Source of the DNA: Octopus sinensis
Taxonomy: Eukaryota
Reading direction: 5' to 3'
Assembly (NCBI RefSeq): GCF_006345805.1
Contig: NC_043000.1
Span: forward strand, 124,000,001-124,064,000
Length of the DNA stretch: 64,000 nucleotides
Below are positions 1 to 12,887 of this stretch, piece after piece; the stretch's first letter is position 1; each line of letters opens with the position of its first letter. The position numbers were made by a program, and so were the translations under genes. A model generated the notes under the pieces. The model was not told where the DNA came from. It did not search any database and saw nothing but the letters and a program-made list of their open reading frames with translations.

Positions 1-355
1 TCTGGCTGCATCCGAAAAAATATATATTATGAAACAAAAATAAACACAAAATTTATTACACGAATCTGTTACCACCACGACAGTCAACTATTTGATGCCG
101 AACACAAGTTTGATGTTGAATACATCCACAAATTTTCCGCTCAGATAGCTCTTCCCAAGACTGCAATACGGCTTCGTGCAATTCATGCCTCGTTGTAGGG
201 CTTTTCAGTTCAACTTTATCGGCCAAATTTAATGATTCTGCTAATTCCACGTGTAAATATGTGTTAAATAGAACTCAATGAATAAATCTTAATTAACTGT
301 GTTGTCAATTGTATGCTAACGTGTACGCAGCCAGACTTTTCACACAGAGGATATA
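1..355 (-). mobile_element. Tc1/mariner-derived remnant (truncated by window edge)
   Basis: ORF 56-250 (ELHEAVLQSWEELS..IVDCRGG) resembles a Tc1 transposase C-terminus. TCTGGCTGC at 1-9 is the inverse of GCAGCCAGA near 327-335, followed by TA-rich sequence. Confidence 0.5.
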
Positions 356-599
356 ATGTATAGTTTGTAGCTTTCAGGATCTCTCAATCATCCAAGTTAT
401 TTGCTTAATTAAACAGGTAGTGTTTGATGTCTGAGCAAGAACAAACAAGTTCAATTGAGACGATCGTAATTACAAAAGGTTTTAAACTGATCAAGCAAAA
501 CTTGAAACCCAAAGACAAGTTTGGATAAGTTGTAGTTTAGGTTTGTATTAAGAGATGAAATCACAAATTTCATAACTCTCACAAGAAATTGCAAGAGTT

Positions 600-604
600 C
601 TAAG
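600..604 (-). CDS. RNF8: Tentative RNF8 terminal coding exon (gives ...KERKA*)
   Basis: Strong acceptor TTTTACTTACTCTCTTTTTAG, then CT TAG. A phase-1 join gives Ala-stop, similar to the short basic C-terminus of vertebrate RNF8. Confidence 0.35.
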
Positions 605-3600
605 CTAAAAAGAGAGTAAGTAAAAACTCAGTAAAAGTAATATTTATCCCAAATAGGTTGTTGGATCAGACAGGCTGACAGAAGAAGAAAGATTTGAAAT
701 GTATTAGATCTACAAGAATAGTTATTAGAAGGGCCATCCCACTTTACAATAGGTGATAATGTTACAGCTAGAATTACTATATCAAGAGTAAAAAATGGGT
801 GAAAGAAGTTCAATGTACAATTGTCAACAAAAGGCTGCTTTCTCTATGCAAAAGCAAGGAGTAGAGCAGTAAAAATACGAGTGTCAAATACAAAAGAAGG
901 GCATATGATGCCAAGAAATTAATATATTTTGGGAATATGCTGTGCCTGAGAAGACCTGGCAAGCCAAGTGAGACCATAACCTCGTGGCCAATGCCAGGGG
1001 TGTAACCAGCCCACTTGTGTGTACCTTTCCTTTATTGGACACTAGACTCTGCTTGCAAAGACCTGTTGAGGCAAGTGAAATCAAAATTGAAATCAAATTC
1101 GATGACTGGCATCCATGCTAGTGGAGTGGTAAGAGCACCACCCGAGCGTGATAGTTGCCAAAGCAGCTAACTGGCTTCCGTGCCAGTGGCACGTAAAAAG
1201 CACCATTCGAGTGTGATCATTAGCAGCATCACCTTACTGGTGCTTGTACCAGTGGCATGTGAAAAAACATTTGAGCGAGGTCATTGCCAGATCAGATTGG
1301 AGCCTGGCGCAGCCACCTGGTTTGCCAGTCCTCAATCAAATCGTCCAACCCATGCTAGCATGGAAAGCGGACATTAAACGATGATGAATTAGGAAATGTG
1401 CAAAGATTTAACTATACCTTTTCTTTCCTTAACATATTGAGCTCTTTTTTCTTTCATTTCTGGACTGAAGAAAGCAGTCATTTTATCAATATAAGAGTCT
1501 ACCACAAGGGCTTTTGTCTGGGACTTAATAGAAGTACGACAAACTGGACAGTCATTCTTCTTATTCATCCACATATGTATACAGTAGAAACAAAATGTAT
1601 GTGAACAACTGAGTGTAGTGGCCTGAAACAGAACAAGAAATGACAGACATTAATTTAACAAATTAACATTCCTATTGTAATATGTTTAAAACAGCTGAAC
1701 CCAGAGAGGATATGATACAATACAAAACTTCATGTTATATCCATTTTTCCATCTTAGCAAAAAGATGGATAGGTCATGGCATATCACAGCTTGTTGCAGT
1801 CCTTCCTCTGATACACATTAACAGAGAGAACCAGTTAAAATTGCTCTTCACCACCCATGGTTTCACAATGTAAACTGGGTACCTTTTACTGTGCCATTGG
1901 TATGAAAGTTTGTGACAGAACTAAAGAATTTTCTCTACTCTGTGCCTCCTCTTGTTCACAATTAATGTCCACCGAGACAAGTGGCATGCAGGTGACATCT
2001 TATTCATTCATTTTGGAAGCTTAAATGTCATTAGAATTTAAATAAATTAGTAAATGGCACAAATACCTAATATACTAAAATATATTATATCAGCATAGTG
2101 CAGATAGTCCAGTGTGCTTTTATAAAGATATTTTCTAGGACTAACAACTTCAATATAAATGAGATGAAATCTTTGTTTCTAGTCAACAGAAATAATTTAG
2201 GTTGTAAGAGTTTTGTCTAAGAAACAAAATAAGCAACATTTCACAACTGTAATGTTGAACCATGGTTGTTGGCCAGTTGGGAATGATTGCCACTAAAAGT
2301 GTGTGTCTATGTTTGTTTCCCATCATAACTTCACAATCACAACTGGTTTATTTATGTCTCTGTAACTTAGCAGTTTTCCAAAAGAGACTAATAGAATAAG
2401 AACTTTAAAAAATATTAGTATTAAGGTTGATTTGCTCATCTAAAACTCAAGGTGGTGCCCAAAATGGCTGCAGTCCAATGACTGAGATGAGTCAAGAAAT
2501 AAAAGAAACTATCTTAAAAACACAAATATAGAAAAATTAATGTAAAACACTCATAAATCACCATACCTGCACAAACAGTTCGTTACAAATGCTACACTGT
2601 AGCTCCATTTCTAACATCTCAGAAAATTTAGTCAAGACCTCTTCACGAGTTTTCAATACAACATCTTGCTCTTTCAAATTAGCCAATTTTGCTTCCTGCA
2701 ACTGACTCTCTAGTAAGCGTCGTTCAGCATCTTTATTATCAATTATCAGTTTCAATTCTTCCTTAGACTGAGTTAATTCATCGATAGTAGCCTTATCAGA
2801 ATTGCACTTATTAAGAAGTTCTTTCTCAATTTTCTCCTTTTGCTCCAGGGCAACTCTTTTGATCTTCAAATCTTGCTTCAAAGATTTCTCTTTTTTCTTT
2901 AACAACATCACCATTTTGTCCTGAAATTCTTGTTCCAGTTGCTTTCTCTCTTCATCTTTTAATTTCTGTAATTTCAAAATAAACCAAAGGTGTAAAGACC
3001 AATCAACATTTCCCATTAACAATGGACAAGAGAAACAATATTTTGTTTGATATAAATGCTTTTACTTGCAAGTTTTTTTTTTTCTTCCTGTTATCCCATT
3101 AAGCAAATTTTTGATAAACATGAAACGCAAAAAAGTAAAATTAATAAGATTTACTCTATTTTACATCATTTTAATGTCTACTTTCTCCTGCTTGAAGAGG
3201 TTGGAGAGTTTGAGACAGATATTCCATGGCCAAACACATTCTTGCAAAATGCTGAAAATGAATGACACTGCTTGCATGACGATGACTTTCATTTACAACT
3301 ATCATGTCATATCAAGACAAGAAACACATACACACATCATCGTCATTTAAAATCAGCTTTCCATGCTGGCATGGGTTTGTCTGAGGGCTGGTGAGCCAGA
3401 AGGCTGCACCAGGCTCCAATCCGATCTGGCAATGTTTCTACAGCTGGATGCCCTTCCTAACACCAACCACCCAGAGTGTAGTGGGTGCTTTTTATGTGCC
3501 ACAGGCACGAGGACCAGTCAGACAGTACTAGCATCAACCACACTTGCAAGAGAGACGGCTGCGCTGGTATGGCCATGTGCTTTACGTGTCACCGGCATGG

Positions 3601-6600
3601 GTGCCAATTAGGAGGTACTGTCATGAGCCACAACAACAACTTCACTTGCCTCAAAAGGTCTTCTCAAGCACAGTTTATTGCCCAATGATTGAAAGATACT
3701 CTTAAATGTACTGGTTATGCTGCACTGGCATAGGCCATGGTTACGGTCTGATTTGATTTGTTGGGTCTTCTCAAGCACAGCATATCTCCAAAGGCCTCAG
3801 TCACTTGTCATTGCTCAGTGAGGCCCAACGTTTGATGGTCGTGCTTCAACACCTCATCCCAGGTCTTCCTGGATCTACCTCTCCCACAGGTTCCGTCTAC
3901 TGCTAGGATGTGACACTTTTTCACGCAGCTGTCCTCATCCATATGCAACATGGCCATACCAGCGCAGCCGTCTCTCTTGCAAACCACATCTGATGCTTCT
4001 TTTTTCTCTCAGGGTGCTTACACTGTCATGTATGCACACTGACGTTACACATCCAGCAGAGAATACTAGCTTCATTCCTTGCAAGTTTATGCATGTCCTC
4101 AGCAGCCCATGTTTCACTGCCATGTAGCATGGCTGTTTGCACACATGCGCCATACAGTCTACCTATTACTCTGAGTGAAAGGCCCTTTGTCACCAGCAGA
4201 GGTAGGAGCTCTCTGAACTATGCCCAGATTATTCTTGTTCTAGCAGCAATACTCAGAGCAACCACCCCACCGGTACTGACTTGGTCACCTAGGTAACAGA
4301 AGCTATCAACTACTTGTTGAGAGCTACTGACCTGACCTGGTAATTAGTCCTCGACACGTCCCATAGAAATCTCCAGTTGTCTTCCACATCATGTGATGCT
4401 ATATCCAACTAGTTTGTCAAAAGCTTTGAGTAATATGTCTATGCATGCATACACACAATGGGTTTCTTTCAATTTCTGTCTTCCATATTCACTCACATGA
4501 CTTTGTTCATCCCAGAACTATAGTTGAAGACACTTAACCAAGGTACCATTCAATGGGACTGAACCCACAACCATGTGGTTGGAAAACAAACTTCTTACCA
4601 CATAGCAGCCACGTGCCAATTTCACACACACACACACACACAAAACATCTAGATAGATGATACAAAGAAAACAAGGATGGGTCATTTGGAGTTTTCTTTC
4701 CTCAGTTGAGTTCCAGATTATCTTTGCAATTTTGGCTGCTTATGCCCGAAATTGCACCAATCTGGCCACCCCCAAGGAAAAACTAAGCTAAGAGCATTAG
4801 ATTCCTTGGAAGAAAGCAGCAAATGTATACAAAAACAAAGACGGAAAAAATGGAGGAACTTAATACAAATAACAGGACATAGAAACAGGTATCTTTCAAC
4901 TAAGGACGGATTAAGTTGGCCAAATGACACCCAACAGTAAATCAAAATTCCATAAATACTTATTCAATTTTATTTATCCATTCCAGTGGCATATAAAAAG
5001 CACCATTCAAGCATGGTTGTTGCCAGTGCTGCCTGACTGGCTCCTGTGCCAGTGGCACACAAACATCATTCAAGTGCAGTCAATGCCAGTACCATCTGAC
5101 TGGTCCTCATGCTGGTGGCACATAAAAAGCACCTACTACACTCAGAGTGGTTGGCATTAGGAAGGGCATCCAGCAGTAGAAACCTTGCCAGATCAGACTG
5201 GAGCCTGGTACAGCCTTCTGGCTTGCCAGTCCTCAATCAAACTATCCAAATCCACGATTCCAATTACAAATGTTTAATAATTAAATCCTGCGAGTTAAAA
5301 ATCACCAGTTTTTTTCCTTTTCAACATTTGTCTGTTTACTAGCAAAGCCTCATTCAGTTGTTAAAAATAAATAAATCTTGGAATTATATGGTTTTGACTT
5401 TTACCCAATCCTGTATATATGATAGGCTGTTATATACTTTCCATCTATTAAATTTCATTCCAAAGAGACTGATCAACCCAGAATATACTGGCCTCATGTG
5501 TCTTCTCAGTGTGAGATTGAACCACATAAGGGTTCTGTAACTTGAACCCTTATGTGCAGTCTTTCCTCTTCAAGAAGTCAGTTCCTTGCAATTGCCTCCT
5601 CACACAAGACGTTTTTACTGCAGCTATCAAATTTAATAAGAATGATAACTGCATTGACTTCTTTGACATAGCAAAACATCACCTTTATACAAGTGGTGTT
5701 GGTTGTTTGCCATCTCCAATGAAAACATCTAGACTAAGGGAAAATATTTCTTTGCTTGAAAACAAGCCTCAATGAATTCTACCTAACTTATACAAGCATG
5801 GATAAGAACAGACATAAAAATGCAGATAATGCTGATACAGTTATAAGTTTTGGATATAGCCAGTACAAGTACCTGTGTTTTTTGAAGTTCAAATTCAACC
5901 TGTTTCCGTTTTTCTTCCAATTTTGCAATGGCTTTTGCCTGAGAATTAGATTTTTCTTTCTCCAATTTCAAAGCTGCTTCTTTCATTTGCAAACGCCCTT
6001 CAAGTTCTTTTAACTTGATCTCATAGTCAGAAGTAGAACCATTTTCCGACATTGTTGAATCCCTCGCTTTCAAAGAACTGGGGATTTCATTATCAATATT
6101 TTTATTATTATTATTATTATTACTGTTGTTACTTTCTGAACAAGTAACTAACAATGGGGAAGAAGGCACTTTTCTATCAAAAGGTTTATTGAGGAATTTC
6201 AGAGGATTATCGGGCGAGTTGCTTATCACAGGCATTTCGGATTTATGTCTTTTTGCAGCCAAAAAGTCACTTTTGTGAGGTTTATGTTTCAATAGTTTTT
6301 CTTGAAGCTTATAACAGAATGGTTCGTCTTTAGAATTTCCAATCTGAATGAGATCTCCAGTTTTAATCACATGTTGCTCAAGGACTTGAATTCTTTTTTT
6401 GTTTACGAAAACACCATTTAAACTCTGGAAAATAAGGAAAGAGAAATTTGATTAATGAGATGCTAATTATAATTAATGAGATGTACTGTAAGAGATTTGA
6501 AAATTAAGAAAGAAAAACAAAATGGAAATACTGGATTGATAGAAAGACATTGAATTTATATTTCTTTTATCTATTTCAGTCTTTGATTTTTTCATTTTAA

Positions 6601-9600
6601 CCCTTTATGTTTAAACCAGCCATATTAGGCCAAAATTATCTTCCTGTTTTATGCTCAAACCAGCCAGCTCTGACCTCTCACACCTACCCTACAAAGTCAT
6701 TCTAAAAATAAACAGAGACATCATCAAAATCCCAGAGTTACAAGATACTGTACAATTAATTTAAAACAATATAATTAAACAGGCTTTACATTTGATAGAG
6801 TAATTTGAATGCTAAAGGGTTAGATTATATTGTCTAACCTGGAGCTGAGAAAAATCAGAAAACAATTGGATAGCCAAATTGATCCAGAAAAAAAAAAGAA
6901 TTCAGACAAGCAACAGCAGAAAAAACTGAGGAAGCAAGAAAAACAAACTGAAGAGATTCTTACATTCTCATCTATAATTGTCCAATTTTCTTCATTTCTT
7001 TTAATAGTAGCATGATGTTTAGAAATCCACACAGATAACAGGCATACAGGTAAATCTTGACTTCGTCCAATTTTTATCTGAAAAGAAAAAACAAGAGACA
7101 TTCAAGCGACAAGAATTAATTTATTTGATAAATAAAATTTTAATTTATTCACACAATCTCCAAACTACTTTTTAGACTTCCTAAGCAAAGCAGACTTCAT
7201 ATTTGCCAAGGTGATGATGAAAGAACAACAAAATGGGTATGAAAAATGAGCATATTTAAAAAGTAAATCATTTAGACTAATTGACTTAGTCAGAGGTACC
7301 AACCACTCGAAAAGTAATAGTCAAGTTAGTTTCAACTTATTTACAGTATATCTGATTAGGTTTTTGATTCTCACATTTATATTCTTGTGTATGTTTCAGA
7401 CATTTAACTGTGGCCATGCTGGAGCACCACCTTAAAGGGTTTTAGCCAAAGAAATCGACCCCAGGACATTCTTTGTAAGCCTAGTACTTATTCTATCAGT
7501 CACTTTTGCCGAACTGATAAGTTATAGAGACATAAACACACAACATTGGTTGTCAAGCAATGGGGGGGGGTGACAAACAAAAACACACACAAATATATAT
7601 ATGTATACACACAATGGGCTTCTTTCAGTTTCCATCTACCAAATCCACACACAAAGATTTGGTTGGTCCAAGGCTATAGTAGAAGACACTCGCCCAAGGT
7701 GCCATGCAATGGGACTGAACCCAGAACCATGTGGTTGGGAAGCAAACTTCTTACCATACAGCCACACAGTCTGAGTAATTAGCTTTGATGATTTATTTCA
7801 TAAATAGAGTATGGATAATATAACACTCCAAAGGTGGTGAGCTGGCAGAAACATTAGCATGCCAGGCAAAATGCTTAGCAGTATTTCGACTTTGCCTTGC
7901 ATCCTTTCTAATAGACTGGGCCCCCTCGCCAAAAATTTCAGGCCTTGTGCCTAAAGTAGAAAAGAATATACAACTAATCAGCAGCACTATTCAATTGATT
8001 ATTATTTTTGCCTTTCATTACCACTAGTGGTTGTTTTTCATGTAGATGGTATGAGAAACTAGTCTCAGTGACTTAGTTTGTAAATAAATATCACCGAGTA
8101 AAAATATATCAGGCCAAGCAGCAGCATTGTTCAGTTGAAGAATTTTTTTTTTTCGTCTGAAATACCATGTTCAATTCTTCCAGCGAAGGAAGCTAGCCAT
8201 GACAGACCAGATTCCTATGCATGAGGAAATTTATTCTCACCCAATTAACAACAAAGACTGAAAATAAGCACCAGGTTACATGGATTATTATAAACCAGAA
8301 AAAGAATTAGCTTTATCTGTCATTAAGATTAACAGTGAGGAGCATATACAAGCAATGTTTAGCTCTCTTTGAGCCAAGCATATAAGTATTCAGGACCAGA
8401 CCTCCTTAGAAACTTGTCAATGACTATCAACTAGTATACCCAAAATTTGGTCAGACCCTTCTATACTAACAATATATGAGGCCACTGTTAACAACACTCA
8501 CCTATACAAATGATGTCACCTTCACCATTTCCAATAATTTCGCCCTTAACCTTTCAAACAACCTAGATATCTCTCGTGAGCAGAGAATTTGAAAAACCTT
8601 CATTACTGGGAACATGACAACCAAATCTTTTTCAGCAGTAAAACCTGTCCACCATAACAGAATTAATATCCTAAAACCACCTTGGCAAATGCTTGTATAT
8701 GCAGGTACTCTGTCCCACCTCTGATCACATTGCCCTATCAAACTTGCCCTCCACATCTCATTCCCTAGTGCTCATCACTTCATTATCTCTGGTATTGTTT
8801 CCCTACCATAATCACCTGAGACCTGAATAGGTATACCCATCCTCTCCCTTTCATAAACTTCCCCTTCCTTCCTTCACCTCAGAACTATTACCCCTCCTCA
8901 TTATCTTCCTCCAGCCATGCTCTTTCCCCTCTGCTATACTCCATCATTTTATCTGCTATCACACCCAGTGCCCTAACATATCTCTCACCTTCAGTTACTA
9001 CAGTCATCTATCTCATCTCTCCTCACATTCTTACAAAACGTCCATCCATCTCCACTTCCCTACTCACCCAGCCCAATCCTCTGTCACTTCACATATATTC
9101 ACCCCCACACTCTACCTTGGGGGTATGTCCTAACACATATCCACCATCATCTCTTACTCTCTCCCTCCCTTGAATACCTTTTACAGCAAAACACTGCTCT
9201 CTATACCTCTTATTTTTTTCATCTCTCAACTGGCACAAAACCATTACCTCAATACTACTCCCCCCATAGAGGGGACTTTGTCTTAAAGTTACTCCACCCA
9301 CTGATGCCAGTACCACAAAAAAAAAAAGCACCCAGTACACTGTAAAGTGGTTGGTGTTAGGAAAGGCATACAGCTGTAGAAACAATACCAAAACAGACAA
9401 TAGAGCTTGGTACAGTCCTCTGGCTTGCCAGCTCTTGTCAAACCATCCAATCCATGCCAGCATGGAAAAATGGACATTCAATGATGATGAACCATCAAGC
9501 TCATGGTCTTACAATGCACATCAAAAAGATTATGTCTGCTGCTCTCCCCTCATAATTAAACCATTAAAAGAAAGACTTTAGATTCTATTCAAGACGCTTT

Positions 9601-12600
9601 TCAATTTCATTTTCAAAGAAGTTTTGACGAAAATAAAAGGGCACCACTTTAGCATGCCTTCTAACCCTAACCCAGATCAGGTGATTTGACAGTGCAAACT
9701 ATGGATTCTGTGGTAGACCACATACTAAAGTACCACCAATAAAAGTTTGAAGAAAATTACACAACACACACACCATATGAATTAATTCTACTAGCATAAT
9801 ATCCAGCTATATTTTAACATTAGCTGAAGATGGCAAACGAGCAAAATTGTTAGCACATTGGGCGAAATGCTTAGCAGTATTTCATCTGCTGTTACGTTCG
9901 GAGTTCAAATTCCACTAAGGTTGACTTTGCCTTTCATCCTTTCGGGGTCGATAAATTAAGTACCAGTTACGCACTGAGGTCAATATAATCGACTTAATCC
10001 ATTTGTCTGTCCTCTCTGTGTTTAGCCCCTTGTAGGTAGTAAAGAAATAGGTATTTCGTCTACCGCTATATTCTGAGTTTAAATTTCGGGGTCAGTTAAA
10101 CAAGTACCAGTTATGTACTGGGGTTGATGTGCCCTGATGGCAAACATTTGAAATCATTAGTTATAACCCAGGGACAATGAACAGGCTCAGTAATACAGGT
10201 GTCATTGATCTGGTTGATGATTAGATTGGACATCTTGTAAATCAATGTCTGCTGCAATGCAGGTGAGAAGAGAATTTTAGAGAGTTGATATACTGGTTGT
10301 TACTGTATGGCTTGGATAGTGATGAGAGTAGGCATGGGATCCAATTAGCTTGTTGAGAGCTTGTTGTTATATTAGGGTAGTGATAGAACTGATAGAGAAG
10401 AGACAGTGCACGTGAGGTTGAACTATGTTGGGGAATCTTTACCAATCATCGAGATGGTCTTTTGTATATGAAGTAGGATGTTTCTGTATGTAGAAGTACA
10501 GAACAAATTGTGGGAGCACTATTTTCCACACGATCACAAGTTAAGCTTATTTTGGCCCTAAACAGAAAGGATTGTCTTGGGAAAGTAGTTTTTACTACTG
10601 TCCTGAAACTAAAAATTACAAAGGATTTAGTTGCTATTTCTAGCAGGTCGAGCATCTTTAAGCTTACTGTATGTTGAAGTTTATGGAGGAATGAAGAGTA
10701 TTCTACATAGTGTACATTGTTAAAGGTGACAATAGGTTGCTCGTGTATAACAGAAAAGTGAAGAGAGGCCACATCAACCCTGTCTGCAGGTGAGGCTGTG
10801 TGGTAAGAAGCTTGGGCGCTTTTTCACTTAAGCAAGACAGCTTAAATATGATTTAGTGTTAACATTTACAATTTCAATATGAATTTTCCATAAATTATTC
10901 AGATTTGATTATTAATTTAATGGACAATGAAAAAGCAACAGATTGGTGCAGACGGCATGAGCTTTTGCATAAGGGGACGTATTTGCTCTTCATGCGACTT
11001 AGAAATGTATTTGGTGAAAGCCATGTAGGAAAATATTCTAAACCATATTAAAGGTAAAAACAAAAGTAAATTATATTTAAGCTGTCACGCTTAAAGGAAA
11101 AAATGCTGAAGCTTGCTTCCCAACCATACTTCCTCCGCTTTCGGTCCCACTTTGTGCCACCTTGGGCAAGGGTCTTCTATAGCCTTGGGCCGACCAAAGC
11201 CTTGTGAGTGGATTTGGTAGACGGAAACTGAAAGAAGCCCATCGCTGTCCGCCGTGTGTGTGTGTCCACCATCGATTTACAACCGATGCTGGAGTGTTTA
11301 TGTCCCCGAAATCTAGCGGTTCGGCAAAAATGACCGATAGAATAAATACTAAGCTTACACAGCCAAATGACAAAGAATATGTTGGGACGGTGCGGCGTGA
11401 CAGGAACTAGTAAGACATAAAACGCAGATGACAAGCAATGGCGGGCAACTAAGCTAAGAGTTCCTCATACATGGCAATCTCTAAAAAGCAAGGAAAGACG
11501 ATTCTAGGGATATCTAGCTCTACGGAAACAATAGTAGCGACAAGGGAAAGAGGCTGAAGGTGAGTGAAAAGAACAGATAGATAGCTAGCAGAGTTAGCGA
11601 ACTTAATCCTCTGGTGATGGGACACACTGAGGGTATTTAACGAACTTTCGTATCACATCTAGCAGTTTCGCTGACTGACCTTTGACCTTTTTTCTACGAC
11701 AATGAGCCAGCACCTAAGCACCGTTAATGAGATGAAGTATAAATGTGCGGCGCAGATAGTTTGGCACAAGCGCACATTAATTTGAACTTTAGTTGAATTC
11801 TTCTCCTCAGAACCACTTTCATCATTATTATTTCTTTTGCTAAAATTATTTTACTTTAAAATTTGTATCTTCCATACACGCACCAAAAAAGCGGCTTAGA
11901 TATGGTGCAACAAGGTGCCAGCTTCCTGGCTCTCTAGCCTGAGAGATCTATCCCAATCTTTGGCAATATACCATTGTGTTCCCTCTCCAAGACGAGGTAA
12001 ACTAATAGGACACTCTCCACTGCGTCTTCATTGCTTATTCTGTCACTACTTCAGCGGCCTCTGCTCAAAACTAACCACATACTACCTGGTCCAAGCATCT
12101 CTCGTTACCTAGTGTCGGACAGTCAGCTTCTCCTACACTAACCACTAATAATTTCCACTGTATGATGTCAACCCTCTGCACTAAAATATAATAAACGTAA
12201 CAGCTTAATAATAAATTATTCTATCAGTTAGGCAGCAGAGTAATTATTATAACAGAGAGAGTACAAAACAGTACGCCATTGAATAGAATACAGCCGGTAT
12301 TTTTGTTATCGACAGCAGAACAAAAGACAAAACACAAAATTAAAGTGGCTAGAAGAAAATACAAAACAAAATAAAAAAGATTTAAAGAGAAATTGCTAAA
12401 ATAAGTGATATATATATATTAGTAACTTAACAATAACAACATCGTTTCAAATCGCGCCTTGTAAACAATATGCTTTTGACAAATATATTCAATAAAAAAA
12501 ACACATTCAGAAAAGATTAACATATCAAAATGTAAGGCACTTTCTTTCTTGTAACATATGAAAGAAAAAATTATGAATTACTGTATCTTCGTTTAAGAGA

Positions 12601-12695
12601 ATGCTTTTCTCTGGGTGATTAACGTTTTCCAAAAAATACAGTAACGCCATACTGGATGACGGTTGTGTCCTAATAAAGGCGAGAGATGATAGCAT
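600..12695 (-). CDS. RNF8: E3 ubiquitin-protein ligase RNF8, spliced gene model. Exons 12582-12695 (or from ATG 12650), 6964-7077, 5873-6424, 2567-2965, 1418-1622, tentative last exon 600-604
   Basis: All junctions are GT-AG and in frame. FHA domain (IKIGRSQD..WISKHHATI..DENSLNGVFVN..IKTGDLIQIG), long coiled coil, and C3HC4 RING (ELQCSICNELFVQATTLSCSHTFCFYCIHMWMNKKNDCPVCR) followed by VVDSYIDKM..KERK. This is the RNF8 architecture. The last exon is uncertain. Confidence 0.9.
950..1387 (+). mobile_element. RTE-LINE 3' end / derived repeat (family A) with (GAT)n tail
   Basis: Shares the ...CCAACCCATGCTAGCATGGAAAGCGGACATTAAACGATGATGA end with about 20 other copies in the window. Confidence 0.8.
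1418..1622 (-). CDS. RNF8: RNF8 exon 5 (RING)
   Basis: ATTLSCSHTFCFYCIHMWMNKKNDCPVCR...YVKERK; phase-1 donor GTATAG. Confidence 0.9.
2567..2965 (-). CDS. RNF8: RNF8 exon 4 (coiled coil, RING start)
   Basis: KLKDEERKQ...EMELQCSICNELFVQ; GTATGG donor. Confidence 0.9.
3335..4320 (-). mobile_element. 5'-truncated RTE-clade LINE: decayed RT C-terminus followed by the family A 3'UTR
   Basis: Frameshifted ORF with LQERRLRWYGHV (typical RTE C-terminal motif), contiguous with family A sequence and a (GAT)n tail. Confidence 0.75.
5873..6424 (-). CDS. RNF8: RNF8 exon 3 (FHA C-half, linker, start of coiled coil)
   Basis: SLNGVFVNKKRIQVLEQHVIKTGDLIQIG...FELQKTQ; 552 nt, phase 0/0. Confidence 0.9.
6598..6823. 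mobile_element. TTAA/CCCT-terminated MITE (piggyBac-like ends)
   Basis: TTAACCCTTTA...TAAAGGGTTAG; related copy at about 24440-24667. Confidence 0.6.
6964..7077 (-). CDS. RNF8: RNF8 exon 2 (FHA N-half)
   Basis: TTTCAG acceptor; IKIGRSQDLPVCLLSVWISKHHATIKRNEENWTIIDEN; GTAAGA donor. Confidence 0.9.
7385..7768 (-). mobile_element. tRNA-derived SINE (family B)
   Basis: A/B-box-like head GGCTGTATGGTAAGAAG..GGGTTCAGTCCC, central microsatellite, conserved tail; more than 10 copies in window. Confidence 0.8.
8160..8760 (+). mobile_element. Highly decayed LINE RT remnant
   Basis: Broken frames resembling RT motifs (TYTNDV for YADD region); many stops. Confidence 0.3.
9830..10130 (+). mobile_element. 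tRNA-derived SINE with Nin/Deu-like core (family C)
   Basis: GAGTTCAAATTCC B-box and core GCCTTTCATCCTTTCGGGGTCGATAAATTAAGTACCAG; copies at about 7832, 29572, 41080, 47245, 50430. Confidence 0.75.
11890..12115 (+). mobile_element. LINE RT C-terminal remnant
   Basis: LHCLFCHYFSGLCSKL resembles the LFYRYYHGxCS motif of CR1/L2/Jockey-group ORF2 ends. Confidence 0.4.
12582..12695 (-). CDS. RNF8: RNF8 coding exon 1
   Basis: MLSSLAFIRTQPSSSMALLYFLENVNHPEKSILLNEDT, then donor GTAATT, phase 0, joining exon 2 in frame. Two in-frame ATGs (12695, 12650). Confidence 0.7.
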
Positions 12696-12887
12696 CGGTG
12701 AAAATTCGAAAAGATCCTATAGGTGAGACAAAACGTGCAAAAATTGCGTAAAATTAAAAAATATTTTTGTTGTTTTTGTAAAATCTCAGAAATAAATATT
12801 TAAATTTCTTTATACATTATTTAAATATTTCTTATATTATAACAAACGATCGCGCAATTAAATCGTTCAGTTTTGCTGCAGGCTGAA

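Noticed and set aside
10150-10780. ORFs 10242-10445 and 10446-10772 as an extra RNF8 exon or separate gene
   Set aside because: No recognisable domain; RNF8 exons 1 and 2 already join in frame; composition suggests a decayed retroelement.
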